From Gemmatimonadota bacterium (GTDB taxonomy: Bacteria; Gemmatimonadota; Gemmatimonadetes; Palauibacterales; Palauibacteraceae): a stretch of 64,000 nucleotides of DNA. The stretch lies in assembly GCA_965116475.1 (NCBI GenBank), contig OZ220691.1, positions 864,001-928,000 on the forward strand. Direction: 5' to 3'. The notes under the pieces are model-generated. The model had not been told where the DNA came from, did no database searches, and worked only from the letters and a program-made list of their open reading frames with translations. Both the position numbers and the translations under genes were made by a program. Shown here piece by piece: positions 29,686-41,672 of this stretch (position 1 is its first letter; the number at the start of each line of letters is the position of its first letter).

Positions 29686-31899
29686 ATGAGGCGTGTGGAG
29701 TCGGCCGACCGGTCGGAGCGGGCGACGCTGGTCATCCTCGCCGCTGGGCGATCCACGCGGTTCGGTCGCGCCAAGCAGCTCGAACCGATGGGGCCGGGCG
29801 GCGCGTCGCTGCTCGAGTACGCGGTGTACGACGCCCTGCGCGCGGGCTTCGAGCGTTTCGTGCTCGTGGTGCGCGAGAGCCAGCGCGACGAGTTCGAGGC
29901 GCGTCTGGCTCCACTGCGCGCGGCGGGGGTCTCTCTCTCCTTCGCTTGCCAGCGCCTGGTCCACCCCGACCTCGTCCCCCTCGCCCCACCCGGGCGCGTC
30001 CGGCCCTGGGGCACGGGATTCGCCGTGTTGGCCGCGGCGACGGCCCTGACCCATCGCGGCGCGTTTGCCGTCTGTAACGCGGACGACTTCTACGGGCGGG
30101 TCGCGTACGAGCGCCTGGCGCACGCGCTCGCGACGCCTCCCTCGGGTATCCGCGCCTTCGCGGTGACCTCCCCCTTGACCCACACCCTGTCGGCCTTTGG
30201 AGGCGTGTCGCGCGGCCTTTGCGAAGCGGGGCCCGACGGCACACTCCTCCGGATGACGGAAGGCCTGGATCTGCGCCTCGACGGCGACGCGCCCGGGGAC
30301 GCTGCGCGGACGGGCGAAGGAGCCGAGCCCTCGGCCGGCCGCCCCTGCGTCGTCGGGCACACTCCCGCCGGCGCAGCGGTCCGGGTGGACGCGGACAGCC
30401 AGGTGTGCATGGGTCTGTGGGGATTCTTCCCCGACATCCTGCCCCTGCTGGAGGAACGCTTCCGGGATTTCGTCGCTGCCTCCCCGGGGACCGAGGACGA
30501 GTTCTACCTGTCGGAGACCATCGGCGATCTTGCGGCCGCCGAACGGACGCGCTGCGGCCTGGTGCCCGCGGGCCCGGGATGGATGGGCGTCACTTTCCCC
30601 GGAGACCGCGAGGGCGTCGCCGTGTCGCTTCGGCAACTGACCGAGGCCGGCGCCTATCCCGTCGATCTCTGGACGCCGCACGTTCACGCGAAGCCGGTCC
30701 GCGCGGCTCAGGCGTCGCTCTTCAGTCCGCCGCAGGCGCCGCCGAGTGGGGTGGCGACCGCTCCAGGGCGCATCAACCTGATCGGCGAGCACATCGACTA
30801 CAACGGCCTGCCGGTGCTGCCGATGGCTCTCGACCGACACGTCCGGCTGGATTTCGAGGCGCTGCGGTACTCGACGGTCGAACTCGAAGGCGATTCCGCC
30901 CACGGTTCGTTCGCCTTCCGGCTGGACCGCACCACAGAATCCGCACCCCGGGGCCACTGGTCGAACTACGTGAGGGCCGCGGCCAGGGGATTGCTCGACC
31001 ACGGCGTGGAACTGAAGCGAGGCATCAGGGGAACGGTCACGGGCACCGTGCCGGTGGCGGAGGGGCTGTCGTCCTCTTCCGCCCTTGTAGTGGCGTCCGC
31101 GCTGGCCCTGTTACACGCGAACGAAGCGGACGTAGAGGCCCTGGAACTGGCGGCGCTTCTCGCCCGGGCCGAGCGTTATGTCGGCGTGCAGGGCGGCGGG
31201 ATGGACCAGGCCGCGTCGCTCTGCGGAAAGGAAGGGCACGCGCTGCGGATCGACTTCGGACCGCTGCGCGTGACACCCGTGCCGGTGCCGGAGGGGTGGC
31301 GCTGGGTCGTCGCCTCGTCGTTGACGCGCGCCGAGAAGGCGGGAGCGGTCCGCGAGTTGTACAACGAGCGGCGGGCCCAGTGCGCGGAGGCCCTCGAACG
31401 GGTGGGTCAGGCTTCCTGGCTGGAGGTCGTGGAAGCCGGCCGGGCCGAGTTCGAATCCATCCTGGCCGGGGCACAGAGGTCGCTGCCGCTCACGTTGTGG
31501 AGGCGCTTTCGCCACGTGGCCACCGAGGGTCGCCGGGTGATCGAGGCCGAGCGCGCGCTTCGCGACGGCAACATGGCGGCCTTCGGCCGGCTGATGAACG
31601 CATCGCACGCCAGCCTGCGCGATGACTTCGGCGTGAGCACGCAGGCGCTGGACGAGATCGTGGGCGTGGCCCTCGAGGCGGGGGCGGCCGGCGCGCGGCT
31701 CACGGGCGCGGGATTCGGCGGCTGCGTGGTCGCGCTCTGCCCCGCGAACGAGGCGAAGGGCGTGATCGAAGCCCTGCTCGATCGCTTCTACGCCCCCCGA
31801 GGAGGGGTCGACCGCCGTGCCCTCTTCGTCGCCGACGCCGCCGACGGCGCCACCGTAACGAGCGGTGGGCCGTTGGCCGTCTCGACAGGCGATAGCTAG
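29686..31899 (+). CDS. Fusion of sugar-phosphate nucleotidyltransferase (N-terminal) and galactokinase-family GHMP kinase (C-terminal)
   Basis: LVILAAGRSTRFGRAKQLE, PWGTG, NADDFYG, EFYL, WMGVT; then PGRINLIGEHIDY, PVAEGLSSSSA, GGGMDQ, GARLTGAGFGG in one frame. Confidence 0.9.
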   Translation: MRRVESADRSERATLVILAAGRSTRFGRAKQLEPMGPGGASLLEYAVYDALRAGFERFVLVVRESQRDEFEARLAPLRAAGVSLSFACQRLVHPDLVPLAPPGRVRPWGTGFAVLAAATALTHRGAFAVCNADDFYGRVAYERLAHALATPPSGIRAFAVTSPLTHTLSAFGGVSRGLCEAGPDGTLLRMTEGLDLRLDGDAPGDAARTGEGAEPSAGRPCVVGHTPAGAAVRVDADSQVCMGLWGFFPDILPLLEERFRDFVAASPGTEDEFYLSETIGDLAAAERTRCGLVPAGPGWMGVTFPGDREGVAVSLRQLTEAGAYPVDLWTPHVHAKPVRAAQASLFSPPQAPPSGVATAPGRINLIGEHIDYNGLPVLPMALDRHVRLDFEALRYSTVELEGDSAHGSFAFRLDRTTESAPRGHWSNYVRAAARGLLDHGVELKRGIRGTVTGTVPVAEGLSSSSALVVASALALLHANEADVEALELAALLARAERYVGVQGGGMDQAASLCGKEGHALRIDFGPLRVTPVPVPEGWRWVVASSLTRAEKAGAVRELYNERRAQCAEALERVGQASWLEVVEAGRAEFESILAGAQRSLPLTLWRRFRHVATEGRRVIEAERALRDGNMAAFGRLMNASHASLRDDFGVSTQALDEIVGVALEAGAAGARLTGAGFGGCVVALCPANEAKGVIEALLDRFYAPRGGVDRRALFVADAADGATVTSGGPLAVSTGDS

Positions 31900-31933
31900 A
31901 ATGGCGGGGATGGATCAGGACAGGATTCTGCCG

Positions 31934-32143
31934 ATGCAAACCTACACTGCCGTCGTGGAGCGCTGCCCCGACACGGGCCTGTATGTGGGCTATGTGCCCG
32001 GTTTCCAAGGTGCGCACAGCCAAGGCGAGACCCTTGAGGAACTCAACCGGAATCTCAAGGAAGTGATCGCCATGCTTCTCGAGGAGGGGACGCCCGCACT
32101 CGTTGGCGAGTACGTCGGGACCCAGACCGTCGTCCTGGCCTAG
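31934..32143 (+). CDS. hicB: HicB-family antitoxin (short form)
   Basis: YVGYVPGFQGAHSQGETLEELNRNLKEVI. An alternative in-frame ATG lies at 31910. Confidence 0.88.
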   Translation: MQTYTAVVERCPDTGLYVGYVPGFQGAHSQGETLEELNRNLKEVIAMLLEEGTPALVGEYVGTQTVVLA

Positions 32144-32149
32144 GCTCGG

Positions 32150-32377
32150 GTGCCGCCGGTCCCCGTCCTCAAGCCGCGCGAGGTCGTTTCAATCCTCCGT
32201 CGGCTCGGTTTCAAGGAAGTGCGACAGCGGGGGTCCCATAAGCGGTTCCGCCATCCTGATGGTCGCGCAACGACCGTACCCGTCCACGGCGGCCGGGACG
32301 TGTCACCCATACTGCTCCGAAGGATCGCCCGCGAAATCGGCCTGACGATTCACGAGTTCGTTGAGCAGCGGCGATAG
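32150..32377 (+). CDS. hicA: HicA-family toxin (mRNA interferase)
   Basis: [31 protein letters not shown]. Confidence 0.92.
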   Translation: MPPVPVLKPREVVSILRRLGFKEVRQRGSHKRFRHPDGRATTVPVHGGRDVSPILLRRIAREIGLTIHEFVEQRR

Positions 32378-32384
32378 GGAAACC

Positions 32385-35300
32385 ATGAAGCACACCGGTA
32401 GCGGCGTAACCACGATGCAGGGCTCTGGGTCAAGCTGGAAGTCGGGAAACCAGCAACACCGTCTTCCATACGCGGCCATCCTGTGCGCCGCCTTGGCGGT
32501 AGTCTCGTGCGATGGCCCGGGGCCCCGCGCTCGGATCTCGGAGGAGGTGCGGGTGCTGGACACCTACCCGTTTTCGGATCCGAATCCCGTGCCGGTACTG
32601 GCCACCGACCGGCGGCTGTACCCCTACCATACGTTCGAGGGATACGCGGCGACGTCGGAGCCCCGGGAGTGGAAGGTCGTGACGATGGAGAACGACCTCA
32701 TCGAGGTCTTCGTCCTCCCCGAGGTGGGCGGCAAGGTGTGGGGGGCCGTGGTGAAGGCGACCGGCCACGAGTTCATCTATCGGAACGAAGTGATGAAGTT
32801 CCGGGACATCGCGCTGCGCGGTCCGTGGACCTCGGGCGGTCTCGAGTTCAACTTCGGCGTCATCGGGCACACGCCGGCCACCGCCACGCCCGTCGACTAC
32901 CTCCTGCGCGAGAACGCGGACGGCAGCGTGAGCACGATCGTCGGCGCCACCGACCTCCCATCGCGGACGCCGTGGCGGGTCGAAATCCGGCTTCCGCCGG
33001 ACCGGGCCGCCTTCGAGACGCGCGTCCTGTGGTACAACCCGACCCCGCTGGAGCAGCCTTACTACAACTGGATGACGGCCGCGGCCTTCGCGCAGGACGA
33101 CCTTGAACTGTTCGTGCCCGGCAACGCCTACCTGGAGCACTCCGGCCGGGCGCGCCCCTGGCCCGAGGACGAGGAGGGGCGCTTCCTCCCCCTCTACCGC
33201 AACAACGCGTTCGGGGGACACAAGTCCTACCACGTCGTCGGGGCCCTGAACGACTTCTTCGGCGGCTACTACCACGACGAGGACTACGGCTGGGGGCACT
33301 GGGCTCCGCACGAGGAGATGCCCGGGCGCAAGATGTGGCTGTGGGCGCTCTCCCGCGCCGGCGGCATCTGGGAGGATCTGCTCACCGACACGGACGGCCA
33401 GTACGTCGAGTTCCAGGCGGGGCGGCTGCATGCGCAGTACGCGCCCGGGGCGGACAGGAATCCGATCTCGCAGGCGGGGTTCGATCCGCTCTCGGCGAGC
33501 CGCTGGACGGAGTGGTGGTTCCCGCTGGAGGGAACGGGCGGCCTCACGGACGCCTCCCCGCACGGCGCCATGCACGTCGAGCGGGTGAGCGACGGCCTGC
33601 GGGTCGTGGTCCAGGCGTTCGGATCCGGGGTCGACACCGTGGCGGTATGGTCGGACGGTGAACAGATCGCCGCCCGGGCGGTGGCCTTCGAGGCCCTGGA
33701 TCCGCTGACGGTCGAGTTCGACGTCGCGCCCGGGCGTCCGTGGCGTGTCTCGCTCCCGGGGCTCCGCCTGGAAGCCTGCTCGAGACCGGGCGCAACCGGT
33801 CTCGCCGGGGTGTGCGGATTCGGCGGAGAGCCCTCGGTGTCCCGACCGTTCGGGACGAACGCCGAGGCATGGGAGGCACTACCGGAAACGGACCGCCTGG
33901 TGTTCGAGGCGAGGGAGTTGGTGCGGGGCCGGCGCCATGCCGACGCGCGGACGCGGTACGACCGCGCGCTCGCCGCCGAGCCGTGGAACCGGGAGGCGCT
34001 GCTCGGTCTCGGCGCGCTGGCGTTGAGGTCGGCTCGCTACGAGGAGGGCCTCGCCCACGCCCGGCGGGCGCTCCAGCTCGACACCTACGATCCGGAAGCC
34101 AACTTCCTCGCCGGCAACCTGTATCTCGCCCTGGGGCGCCGGGCGGATGCGCTCGACTCGTTCGGCTGGGCCGCCCGGTCAGTGGAGTTCCGGGCCGCGG
34201 CGCGCACTCGGCTGGCGGAATTGGCGCTGGAGGCGGGGGACATGGCCGAAACACGCCGCCACGCCGCTCTGGCACTCGACCACGACCGCGTGAGTATTCC
34301 GGCCCGCGAGGCGCTGGCGATCGCGGCGCGGCTCGAGGGAGACGAAGCGGGTGCGGCGCGCGTGCAGGCGGAACTGCTGGAACTGGATCCGCTGAACCAT
34401 TTCGTGCTGGCCGAGCGCTATCTCGCGGCGCGGGCCGCAGGATCCGTCAGCGCGGAGGCGGCGGACGGAGCCGAAGCAGCGCGCCTCACCGCCTCGATGC
34501 GGAGCGAGTATCCGGGACAGACGCTGCTGGAACTCGCCGTGGGGTACGCGAACCGCGGGCTGGACGCCGATGCCGCGCGCTTGCTGGAGTTGGCGGACGA
34601 GGTGGGCGGCGGCCCCGTCGCCGCGGCGTGGCTCGCCTTTCTGACGCAGGATCCGGACCTGCTGCGCGCGGGGGCCGATCCCGCCTTCGCCTTCCCCTAC
34701 CGCCCCGAAACGCTGCCGGTCCTGCGCTGGGCGGCCGCCGAAGACGCGCACTGGGGCTGGCGTTACCTGCTGGGCCTGAACCTGTGGGCGCTCGATCGCG
34801 ACGCCGAGGCGGCCGAGGTGCTGGGGACCCTGGGCGACGAACCCGACTACGGCCCCGCCTATGCGGCGCGCGCACACCTGACTGAAGCCATGGGCGGCGA
34901 CCCGAGTCCCGATTTCCTGCGCGCCGTCGCGGTGGATCCCGGGAGCCGCCTCCTCCACATCTCCCTCATCCGGCATCTGCAGGAAACGGGACGGTGGGCG
35001 CAGGCGCGCGAGGCGTCCGGCCGGGGAACGGGACTCTTCCCGGACGACTTCAACCTCGCCCTCCTCCACGTGCGAGGGCTCATCCAGGCGGGCGAGTACC
35101 GCGAAGCCAACGGGATCCTTGCCGGCACCCGCGTACTACCCTCGGAGAACTCCGGCGAGGCCCACCGGCTGTACGAGTTCGCGCACGTCGGCGCCGCGCT
35201 GGACGAACTGGAGGCCGGGAACCGCCCGGCCGCCCGCCGTCACCTGGAGGCCGCGCTGCTGTGGCCGGAATCGCTCGGCCAGGGCCGTCCCTTCGACCCT

Positions 35301-35498
35301 GACGACCGGCTGGTGCGGTTCCTGTTCGACGCGGCGGCGGAAAACCCCGATGGCGTACCCCGGGCCTTCGAGACCGTCACCATCGCCTCGCTGCGCGCCC
35401 GCATCGATTCGCTCGGCGCCGCCCCGTCCCCGATCGCGACGATCGAGCAAGACCTCCTGCGCCGGGCCCTCTCCGCCGCCGCCCGCCTGGAACGCTAG
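32385..35498 (+). CDS. DUF5107-like domain plus TPR-repeat lipoprotein
   Basis: Lipobox LAVVSC, MENDLIEVFVLPEVGGK, RGPWTSGGLEFNF, GRKMWLW, YVEFQAGR, TPR-like helical C-terminal half. Confidence 0.78.
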   Translation: MKHTGSGVTTMQGSGSSWKSGNQQHRLPYAAILCAALAVVSCDGPGPRARISEEVRVLDTYPFSDPNPVPVLATDRRLYPYHTFEGYAATSEPREWKVVTMENDLIEVFVLPEVGGKVWGAVVKATGHEFIYRNEVMKFRDIALRGPWTSGGLEFNFGVIGHTPATATPVDYLLRENADGSVSTIVGATDLPSRTPWRVEIRLPPDRAAFETRVLWYNPTPLEQPYYNWMTAAAFAQDDLELFVPGNAYLEHSGRARPWPEDEEGRFLPLYRNNAFGGHKSYHVVGALNDFFGGYYHDEDYGWGHWAPHEEMPGRKMWLWALSRAGGIWEDLLTDTDGQYVEFQAGRLHAQYAPGADRNPISQAGFDPLSASRWTEWWFPLEGTGGLTDASPHGAMHVERVSDGLRVVVQAFGSGVDTVAVWSDGEQIAARAVAFEALDPLTVEFDVAPGRPWRVSLPGLRLEACSRPGATGLAGVCGFGGEPSVSRPFGTNAEAWEALPETDRLVFEARELVRGRRHADARTRYDRALAAEPWNREALLGLGALALRSARYEEGLAHARRALQLDTYDPEANFLAGNLYLALGRRADALDSFGWAARSVEFRAAARTRLAELALEAGDMAETRRHAALALDHDRVSIPAREALAIAARLEGDEAGAARVQAELLELDPLNHFVLAERYLAARAAGSVSAEAADGAEAARLTASMRSEYPGQTLLELAVGYANRGLDADAARLLELADEVGGGPVAAAWLAFLTQDPDLLRAGADPAFAFPYRPETLPVLRWAAAEDAHWGWRYLLGLNLWALDRDAEAAEVLGTLGDEPDYGPAYAARAHLTEAMGGDPSPDFLRAVAVDPGSRLLHISLIRHLQETGRWAQAREASGRGTGLFPDDFNLALLHVRGLIQAGEYREANGILAGTRVLPSENSGEAHRLYEFAHVGAALDELEAGNRPAARRHLEAALLWPESLGQGRPFDPDDRLVRFLFDAAAENPDGVPRAFETVTIASLRARIDSLGAAPSPIATIEQDLLRRALSAAARLER

Positions 35499-36808
35499 CA
35501 GCCCGCAGGCGCTCCGTCGCGGCCGGCGGTCCCCTCCTCCGCCGCGAGCGCCACGCCCTCTTCCTCGTCCACCCGCAGCAGGAGCAGGAACCCCGCCGCG
35601 AGAAACACGAGGATGGAGGCGATGGCCCAGCGGTGGCTGCCCGTGGCGCCCAGGATGAGCCCGTAGGAGAGCGGCCCGGCCGCGGCGGACAGGCGGCCGG
35701 AGAAGGCGTAGAAGCCGAACAGTTCGCCCTGCTTGCTCTCGGGCACGAACGACCCGAGGAGGGCGCGGCTGCCCGCCTGGTTCGGGCCCACCATGAGCCC
35801 GAGGAGTATGGCCGCGGCCCAGAACATCGGGAGATCCCGCGCGGACCATGCCATGACGATCGCCACCATCAGCAGCACGAGGGTGATGGCGATGGTTCGC
35901 TTCCCGCCGATCCGGTCCTGGACGAAGCCGAAGCCGATCGCGCTCGCGCCGGCCGTCAGATTCACGACGATGCCGAGGATGAGGAGGTCGGCCGTCTCCA
36001 TCCCGAACTCGACCCCCGCGAAGATCGCCGCCATGGCGAAGGCGGTCGCGAGCCCGTCGTTGTAAACGAGACGCGCCACGAGGAGGCGGACGGCCTGGCG
36101 ATAGCGCCGCAGGTCCCGGGCCGTGTTCGCGATGCGCCCGAAGCCCATCCGCACGCAGGTGCCGAGCGGCGCGCGGCGGCGAGGCTGCCGCTCCCGAAGG
36201 AAGAGAAAGACCGGAATCGAGAACACGAGGAGCCAGCCGGCGGCGAGGAGGTTCGTGGACCGCACGTTCAGTCCCCCGTCCTCCGGCAGCCAGCCGCTGA
36301 CCATGCCCAGCGCCAGCACGAGGCAGAGAAGGCCGCCGAAGTACCCGAGACCCCAGCCCAGCCCGGATATCCGTCCCATGTTCTCTCGCGTCGAGATCTC
36401 GGGCAGGAACGCGTTGGCGAGCGACTGCATCGACTCGTAGGCGACGCTGGCCCCGATGAAAACGAGGGCGGCGATCCACGCATCGCCCGGCCCCATGCCG
36501 AAGAGGCCCGCGGTGAGGGCGCCGCAGACCACAGTGGCGATGAGCAGGAACCGCTTCTTGAGGCCACCGTAATCCCCCATGGCGCCCACCACCGGCATGA
36601 TGAGCGCGGTCGTGACCGCGGATACCGTGACCGCGCGCGTCCACCAGACGCCCCCCAGCACCTCGTCGGGAGCGATCGAGCGCGCGAACCAGGCGGAGAA
36701 GATGAACGTCACGACGATCGTCCCGAAGGCCGAGTGGGCGAAGTCGTACATCGCCCAGGAGACGATCTCCCGGCGCGCGACGGGCGGGGCTTGAGGGGTA
36801 GAGTTCAC
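35495..36808 (-). CDS. MFS transporter (UMF1/ATG22-like)
   Basis: SWAMYDFAHSAF, ISGLGWGLGYFGG, YNDGL, ELFGFYAFSGR; about 12 hydrophobic segments. Confidence 0.88.
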   Translation of the reverse strand: MNSTPQAPPVARREIVSWAMYDFAHSAFGTIVVTFIFSAWFARSIAPDEVLGGVWWTRAVTVSAVTTALIMPVVGAMGDYGGLKKRFLLIATVVCGALTAGLFGMGPGDAWIAALVFIGASVAYESMQSLANAFLPEISTRENMGRISGLGWGLGYFGGLLCLVLALGMVSGWLPEDGGLNVRSTNLLAAGWLLVFSIPVFLFLRERQPRRRAPLGTCVRMGFGRIANTARDLRRYRQAVRLLVARLVYNDGLATAFAMAAIFAGVEFGMETADLLILGIVVNLTAGASAIGFGFVQDRIGGKRTIAITLVLLMVAIVMAWSARDLPMFWAAAILLGLMVGPNQAGSRALLGSFVPESKQGELFGFYAFSGRLSAAAGPLSYGLILGATGSHRWAIASILVFLAAGFLLLLRVDEEEGVALAAEEGTAGRDGAPAGC

Positions 36809-37043
36809 TCGCGACGGCCTTTCGAGTCCGGCGGGGCGCGTTTCGAGGGCTCAAGCGTATCACCGATACTCCGCGTGACGCGACCCGTCCGGCTGAGCGC
36901 GCCCGCCCCTACCGGCGGCCGGCACGCGACGCCGCCGGTTTGTCGCGAACGCATGGCGCGGGGTAGGTTTGCGGGAGGGTCGCCATCGAAACCGGCGTTC
37001 CCGGCGACGTTCCCATATGAAGCACACGAGACGGAAGATCCAC

Positions 37044-39044
37044 ATGTCTGAACATACTGCTGCGAACGCGGGATCCCACGTCAGCGAGGCCGAGGCGCGG
37101 AAGGTCGCCGAGGCCGCGCGCGAGACGGACTGGACGGGACGAACCTTCGTCCGGAACCTCTTCCTCGGGAAGCTCCGGCTCGACGCGATCCACCCCTATC
37201 CCGACCCGGACGACTTCATCTCCGACCGGGCCCGCGCGTGGACCGAGGAGCTGCGCATCTTCCTGCGCGACGAGGTGGATTCGGACGGCATCGACCGGGA
37301 CGGCAAGATCCCGTCCGAGGTCGTCCGGGCGCTCGCCGAGCGCGGCGCCTTCGGCATCAAGGTGCCGGAGAAGTACGGCGGGCTCGGGTTCAACCAGACG
37401 GAGTACGCGAACGCGATGCGCGTCGTGGGTTCGATCGACGGCAACGTCGTCGCCCTGCTCTCCGCGCATCAGTCGATCGGCGTGGGGCAGCCGCTCAAGA
37501 TGTTCGGCACCGAGGCGCAGAAGGAGGCCTACTTCCCCCGGCTCGCGAAGGGGGCCGTCAGCGCCTTCGCGCTCACCGAGAACGACGTGGGGTCGGATCC
37601 CGCCCGGCTCACGACGTCCGCCGAGCGCACGGAGGACGGGTCCGCCTTCATCCTGAACGGCGAGAAGCTGTGGTGCACGAACGGCACCCTGGCCGAACTC
37701 TACGTCGTCATGGCGCGCCACCCCGACACGGGCCGCATTTCCGCCTTCATCGTCGAGCGCGACTGGCCGGGCGTCGAAGTCGTGCGGCGCTGCCATTTCA
37801 TGGGACTCAAGGCGCTCGAGAACGGGATCATCCGCTTCACCGATGTCCGCGTGCCGGCCGAGAACCTCCTCTGGAAGGAAGGGAGCGGACTCAAGCTCGC
37901 GCTCATGACGCTGAACACGGGCCGCCTGACGATTCCGGCCTCGTCGGTGGGCGGGGCGCAGGCCGCGCTCGAGGCGTGCCGGCGCTGGTGCGCGGAGCGC
38001 ATCCAGTGGGGCGTGCCGGTCGGCAGGCACGAGACGATCGCGCACTACCTGACGTCGATCGCCTCCCGGACGTACGCCATGTCGGCGATCGCCGACCTCA
38101 CGCAGTCGATGGCGGACCGGGGCGGCTACGACATCCGGCTCGAGGCCGCGATGGCGAAGCTCTGGAACACGGAAACGGGCTGGCAGCTCGTCGATGACGC
38201 CCTGCAGGTGCGGGGCGGGCGCGGCTACGAGACGGCGGACTCGCTCACGGCGCGCGGCGAGGAACCCGTCGCCGTCGAGCGCTGGCTGCGCGACTTCCGG
38301 ATCAACCGGATCTTCGAGGGATCGAGCGAGATCCTGCGCCTGTTCATGGCCCGCGAGGCCGTCGACCGGCACCTCCAGATCGCGGGCGACCTCGTCGACC
38401 CCCGGCTCGGCCTCGGCGCGAAGCTCAAGGCCCTGCCGAAGGCCGCCTGGTTCTATGCGACCTGGTACCCGACGACATGGATCGGCTGGAGCCTGCCGCC
38501 ACGCTTCGCGAGCCACGGGCGGCTGGCGAAGCACCTGCGCTACGTCGAGCGGAACAGCCGCAAGCTGGCGCGCACGATCTTCCACCTCATGCTGCGCCAC
38601 GGGCCGAAGCTCGAGCGGCGCCAGGGTCTGCTCTTCCGCTGCATCGACATCGGCGCGGAGCTGTTCGCGATCGCGGCCGCCGTTACGAGGGCCGACATGC
38701 TGCGCCGCCGGGCAGGGGACGAGGCGCGCGACGAGGCCCGCGAGGCCGTCCGCCTCGCCGATTCGTTCGCGGCCGGGTCACGCCAGCGCATCGGCGAACT
38801 CTTCCGCCGCATCCGCTCGAACCACGACGTGGCGGACTACCGCATCGCCCAGGACATCATGGCCGGCAACTTCGAGTGGATGGAGCGCGACATCGTCGGC
38901 CTCCAGAAAGCCGCGCTCGAGGCTTGGCGGGGCGGTGCGGCGGACCTGCCGTCGGAGCATGGATCCGACGGGACTCCACCCGAACCCTTCGAGGAGCCCC
39001 GCTCGGATCTCCGTCCCGCGAGCGCCGGCGCCGAGGCCGTCTAG
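37044..39044 (+). CDS. Acyl-CoA dehydrogenase (long VLCAD/ACAD9-like form)
   Basis: [51 protein letters not shown]. Confidence 0.92.
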   Translation: MSEHTAANAGSHVSEAEARKVAEAARETDWTGRTFVRNLFLGKLRLDAIHPYPDPDDFISDRARAWTEELRIFLRDEVDSDGIDRDGKIPSEVVRALAERGAFGIKVPEKYGGLGFNQTEYANAMRVVGSIDGNVVALLSAHQSIGVGQPLKMFGTEAQKEAYFPRLAKGAVSAFALTENDVGSDPARLTTSAERTEDGSAFILNGEKLWCTNGTLAELYVVMARHPDTGRISAFIVERDWPGVEVVRRCHFMGLKALENGIIRFTDVRVPAENLLWKEGSGLKLALMTLNTGRLTIPASSVGGAQAALEACRRWCAERIQWGVPVGRHETIAHYLTSIASRTYAMSAIADLTQSMADRGGYDIRLEAAMAKLWNTETGWQLVDDALQVRGGRGYETADSLTARGEEPVAVERWLRDFRINRIFEGSSEILRLFMAREAVDRHLQIAGDLVDPRLGLGAKLKALPKAAWFYATWYPTTWIGWSLPPRFASHGRLAKHLRYVERNSRKLARTIFHLMLRHGPKLERRQGLLFRCIDIGAELFAIAAAVTRADMLRRRAGDEARDEAREAVRLADSFAAGSRQRIGELFRRIRSNHDVADYRIAQDIMAGNFEWMERDIVGLQKAALEAWRGGAADLPSEHGSDGTPPEPFEEPRSDLRPASAGAEAV

Positions 39045-39098
39045 CGTCGCCCGGCCGGATCCAGAGTCGATCGGCCGGGACCGGTCAGCCGGTGTCGG

Positions 39099-39701
39099 TC
39101 AGCCGGACGGGTCGGTTACGCCCTCCACATCGAGGCGGGTCTCGTGGCCGCATAGCGTGCCGGCCAGGACGGCGGCCACGGACGGTTCCGTGCCGGAGGG
39201 GTCCAACCCCCCGCTCAGCGCCAAGTCGATGCTGCAGGATCCGGACCGCCCATCGGACTGCCAGTCCAGCGCTCCGGCCACCGAACCCTCCAGGGTGAAC
39301 GCCTCGAACAAACCAATGAAGCTGGTGGTGGTCCGTTCGCGAACGCCGGGGCTGCCGTCCACGGTGAACCGCATCCCGCCGTTCGACACCTCGCAGCCGC
39401 TCGGTGAGGCCGTAAAATCGGTCGTCAGCCTCACCGTGTCGGCCACCGACTCGTCCATGATCGAGCTCGTGATGGTGATCTGTCCCCCCAGGGGGCACGC
39501 GACCACGAAGCTGTTCTCGGAGCCGCCGATGATCGTGGCGGCGGTGTCGCTCTGAATCGCCCGCATCGCCTCGAACAGCGCCACGGACTCGGCCGCGGAG
39601 AGCGGCTCTCCCGTGGTGGGCGGTTCCGTCGTTCCTTCGCTGCAGCCGGACACGAGGGCGCCGGCGAGGAGCACGGCGATCACGTTTCGTCGGTCGAACA
39701 T
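39099..39701 (-). CDS. Hypothetical lipoprotein
   Basis: GAGGAAGGG before ATG 39701, lipobox LVSGC, beta-rich sequence with four further cysteines. Confidence 0.7.
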   Translation of the reverse strand: MFDRRNVIAVLLAGALVSGCSEGTTEPPTTGEPLSAAESVALFEAMRAIQSDTAATIIGGSENSFVVACPLGGQITITSSIMDESVADTVRLTTDFTASPSGCEVSNGGMRFTVDGSPGVRERTTTSFIGLFEAFTLEGSVAGALDWQSDGRSGSCSIDLALSGGLDPSGTEPSVAAVLAGTLCGHETRLDVEGVTDPSG

Positions 39702-39822
39702 CCCTTCCTCCCTTCCTCCCTGGCCGGATTCCGGCTTGCGCGGAGCCATGTCGGTTCCCCGGCGGCCCGGCACGTCATCCCGCTTGGAATATATGCAGGC
39801 GGGCCACGCGGCGCCGAGCGGA

Positions 39823-41656
<1,834 letters not shown>

Positions 41657-41672
41657 GCCGGGAAGATAGGGG

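Noticed and set aside
39082-39106. CGGTCAGCCGG direct repeat at the end of the lipoprotein gene
   Set aside because: A short GC-rich local duplication with no element between the copies.
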